Virus record (IMG/VR): IMGVR_UViG_3300025098_000044
Location: 1 to 59,241 of that record
Strand: one strand, 5' to 3'
DNA length: 59,241 nt
Source: a virus
Taxonomy: Duplodnaviria > Caudoviricetes
Numbering within the stretch: the first letter of the stretch is position 1; the number at the start of each line of letters is the position of its first letter. Made by a program: the position numbers and the translations under genes. This document shows, piece by piece, positions 58,860-59,241 of this stretch. The notes under the pieces are model-generated. The model was not told the origin of the DNA, did no database searches, and was given only the letters and a program-made list of their open reading frames with translations.

Positions 58860-59132
58860 TTAACCCTTTTTTCGCTTAAAACTTCTATTCTTAGATTTAC
58901 TAACCGCTCTTAAGTTTTTCCTACTATTATCGGCCGTATTTCTATTTTTGTGGTCGACATCCTTGCCATCACCCTTGCGTACAACACCCGCTTTCGTCAT
59001 CTTGCGCCTTGCGGCGTTTCTTTGGGCCCTCCTCTTCTTCTGTCGAGGCTTCTTATGGTACTTGTCGTACTCGGATCTGTAGTTCCTTTTAGCAGGCTTC
59101 CTGCGCTTCGGTGCTTTTTTTCTTACTGGCAT
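58860..59132 (-). CDS. Basic HNH-like (H-N-N) protein
   Basis: GDGKDVDHK......N...NLR.VS...NR; very Arg/Lys-rich. Confidence 0.75.
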   Translation of the reverse strand: MPVRKKAPKRRKPAKRNYRSEYDKYHKKPRQKKRRAQRNAARRKMTKAGVVRKGDGKDVDHKNRNTADNSRKNLRAVSKSKNRSFKRKKG

Positions 59133-59138
59133 GTTTAT

Positions 59139-59175
59139 ATTTTAGTTAAATACCGGCATGTTTCTACCGCTTGCA
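59139..59175 (-). promoter_or_regulatory. Late promoter (TGCAAGCGGT ... TAAAAT), leaderless start at 59132
   Basis: Motif 43 nt before ATG; -10 box ends 6 nt before ATG. Confidence 0.68.
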
Positions 59176-59241
59176 TTGGCTAGGGCTTATCATTTGGCTA
59201 GCTACTATCATTTAAAGTGAGTATGTACTGTATCTGTAGTG

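Overview
The window is an apparently complete or near-complete ~59-kb temperate, podovirus-like tailed phage genome with no host genes. The + strand (534-45590) is the late/virion arm: TerS candidate, tiny basic proteins, TerL, an 881-aa and a 3825-aa probable ejection/polyvalent protein, portal, fibre/lectin modules, a small membrane-protein (lysis) cluster with no recognisable endolysin, scaffold, N4-gp56-like major capsid protein, and tail proteins. The - strand (45587-58049) carries a tyrosine integrase next to a 5'-half tRNA-Tyr (attP), primase-helicase, dNMP kinase, family A DNA polymerase, SSB-like protein, a Cas4/DUF2800-like exonuclease split in two, SF2 helicase, a stand-alone sigma70 region-4 protein, an NrdR-like zinc ribbon and a RuvC-like resolvase. 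A divergent RHH regulator pair and an iteron-flanked origin follow. The most striking inferred system is a 'split FN3' fibre/decoration kit: three FN3 domains that lack strand A, each with its own late promoter, plus tandem arrays of isolated strand-A-like peptides on four virion proteins, suggesting beta-strand-complementation assembly. Also notable: eight copies of a phage late-promoter motif (TRCAAnCRnT-N21/22-TAnnnT, seven with ATG 6-7 nt after, i.e. leaderless), NrdR-box-like sites at the integrase and the switch region, and apparent ACGT avoidance. All family calls come from motif recognition by eye; no database searches were run.
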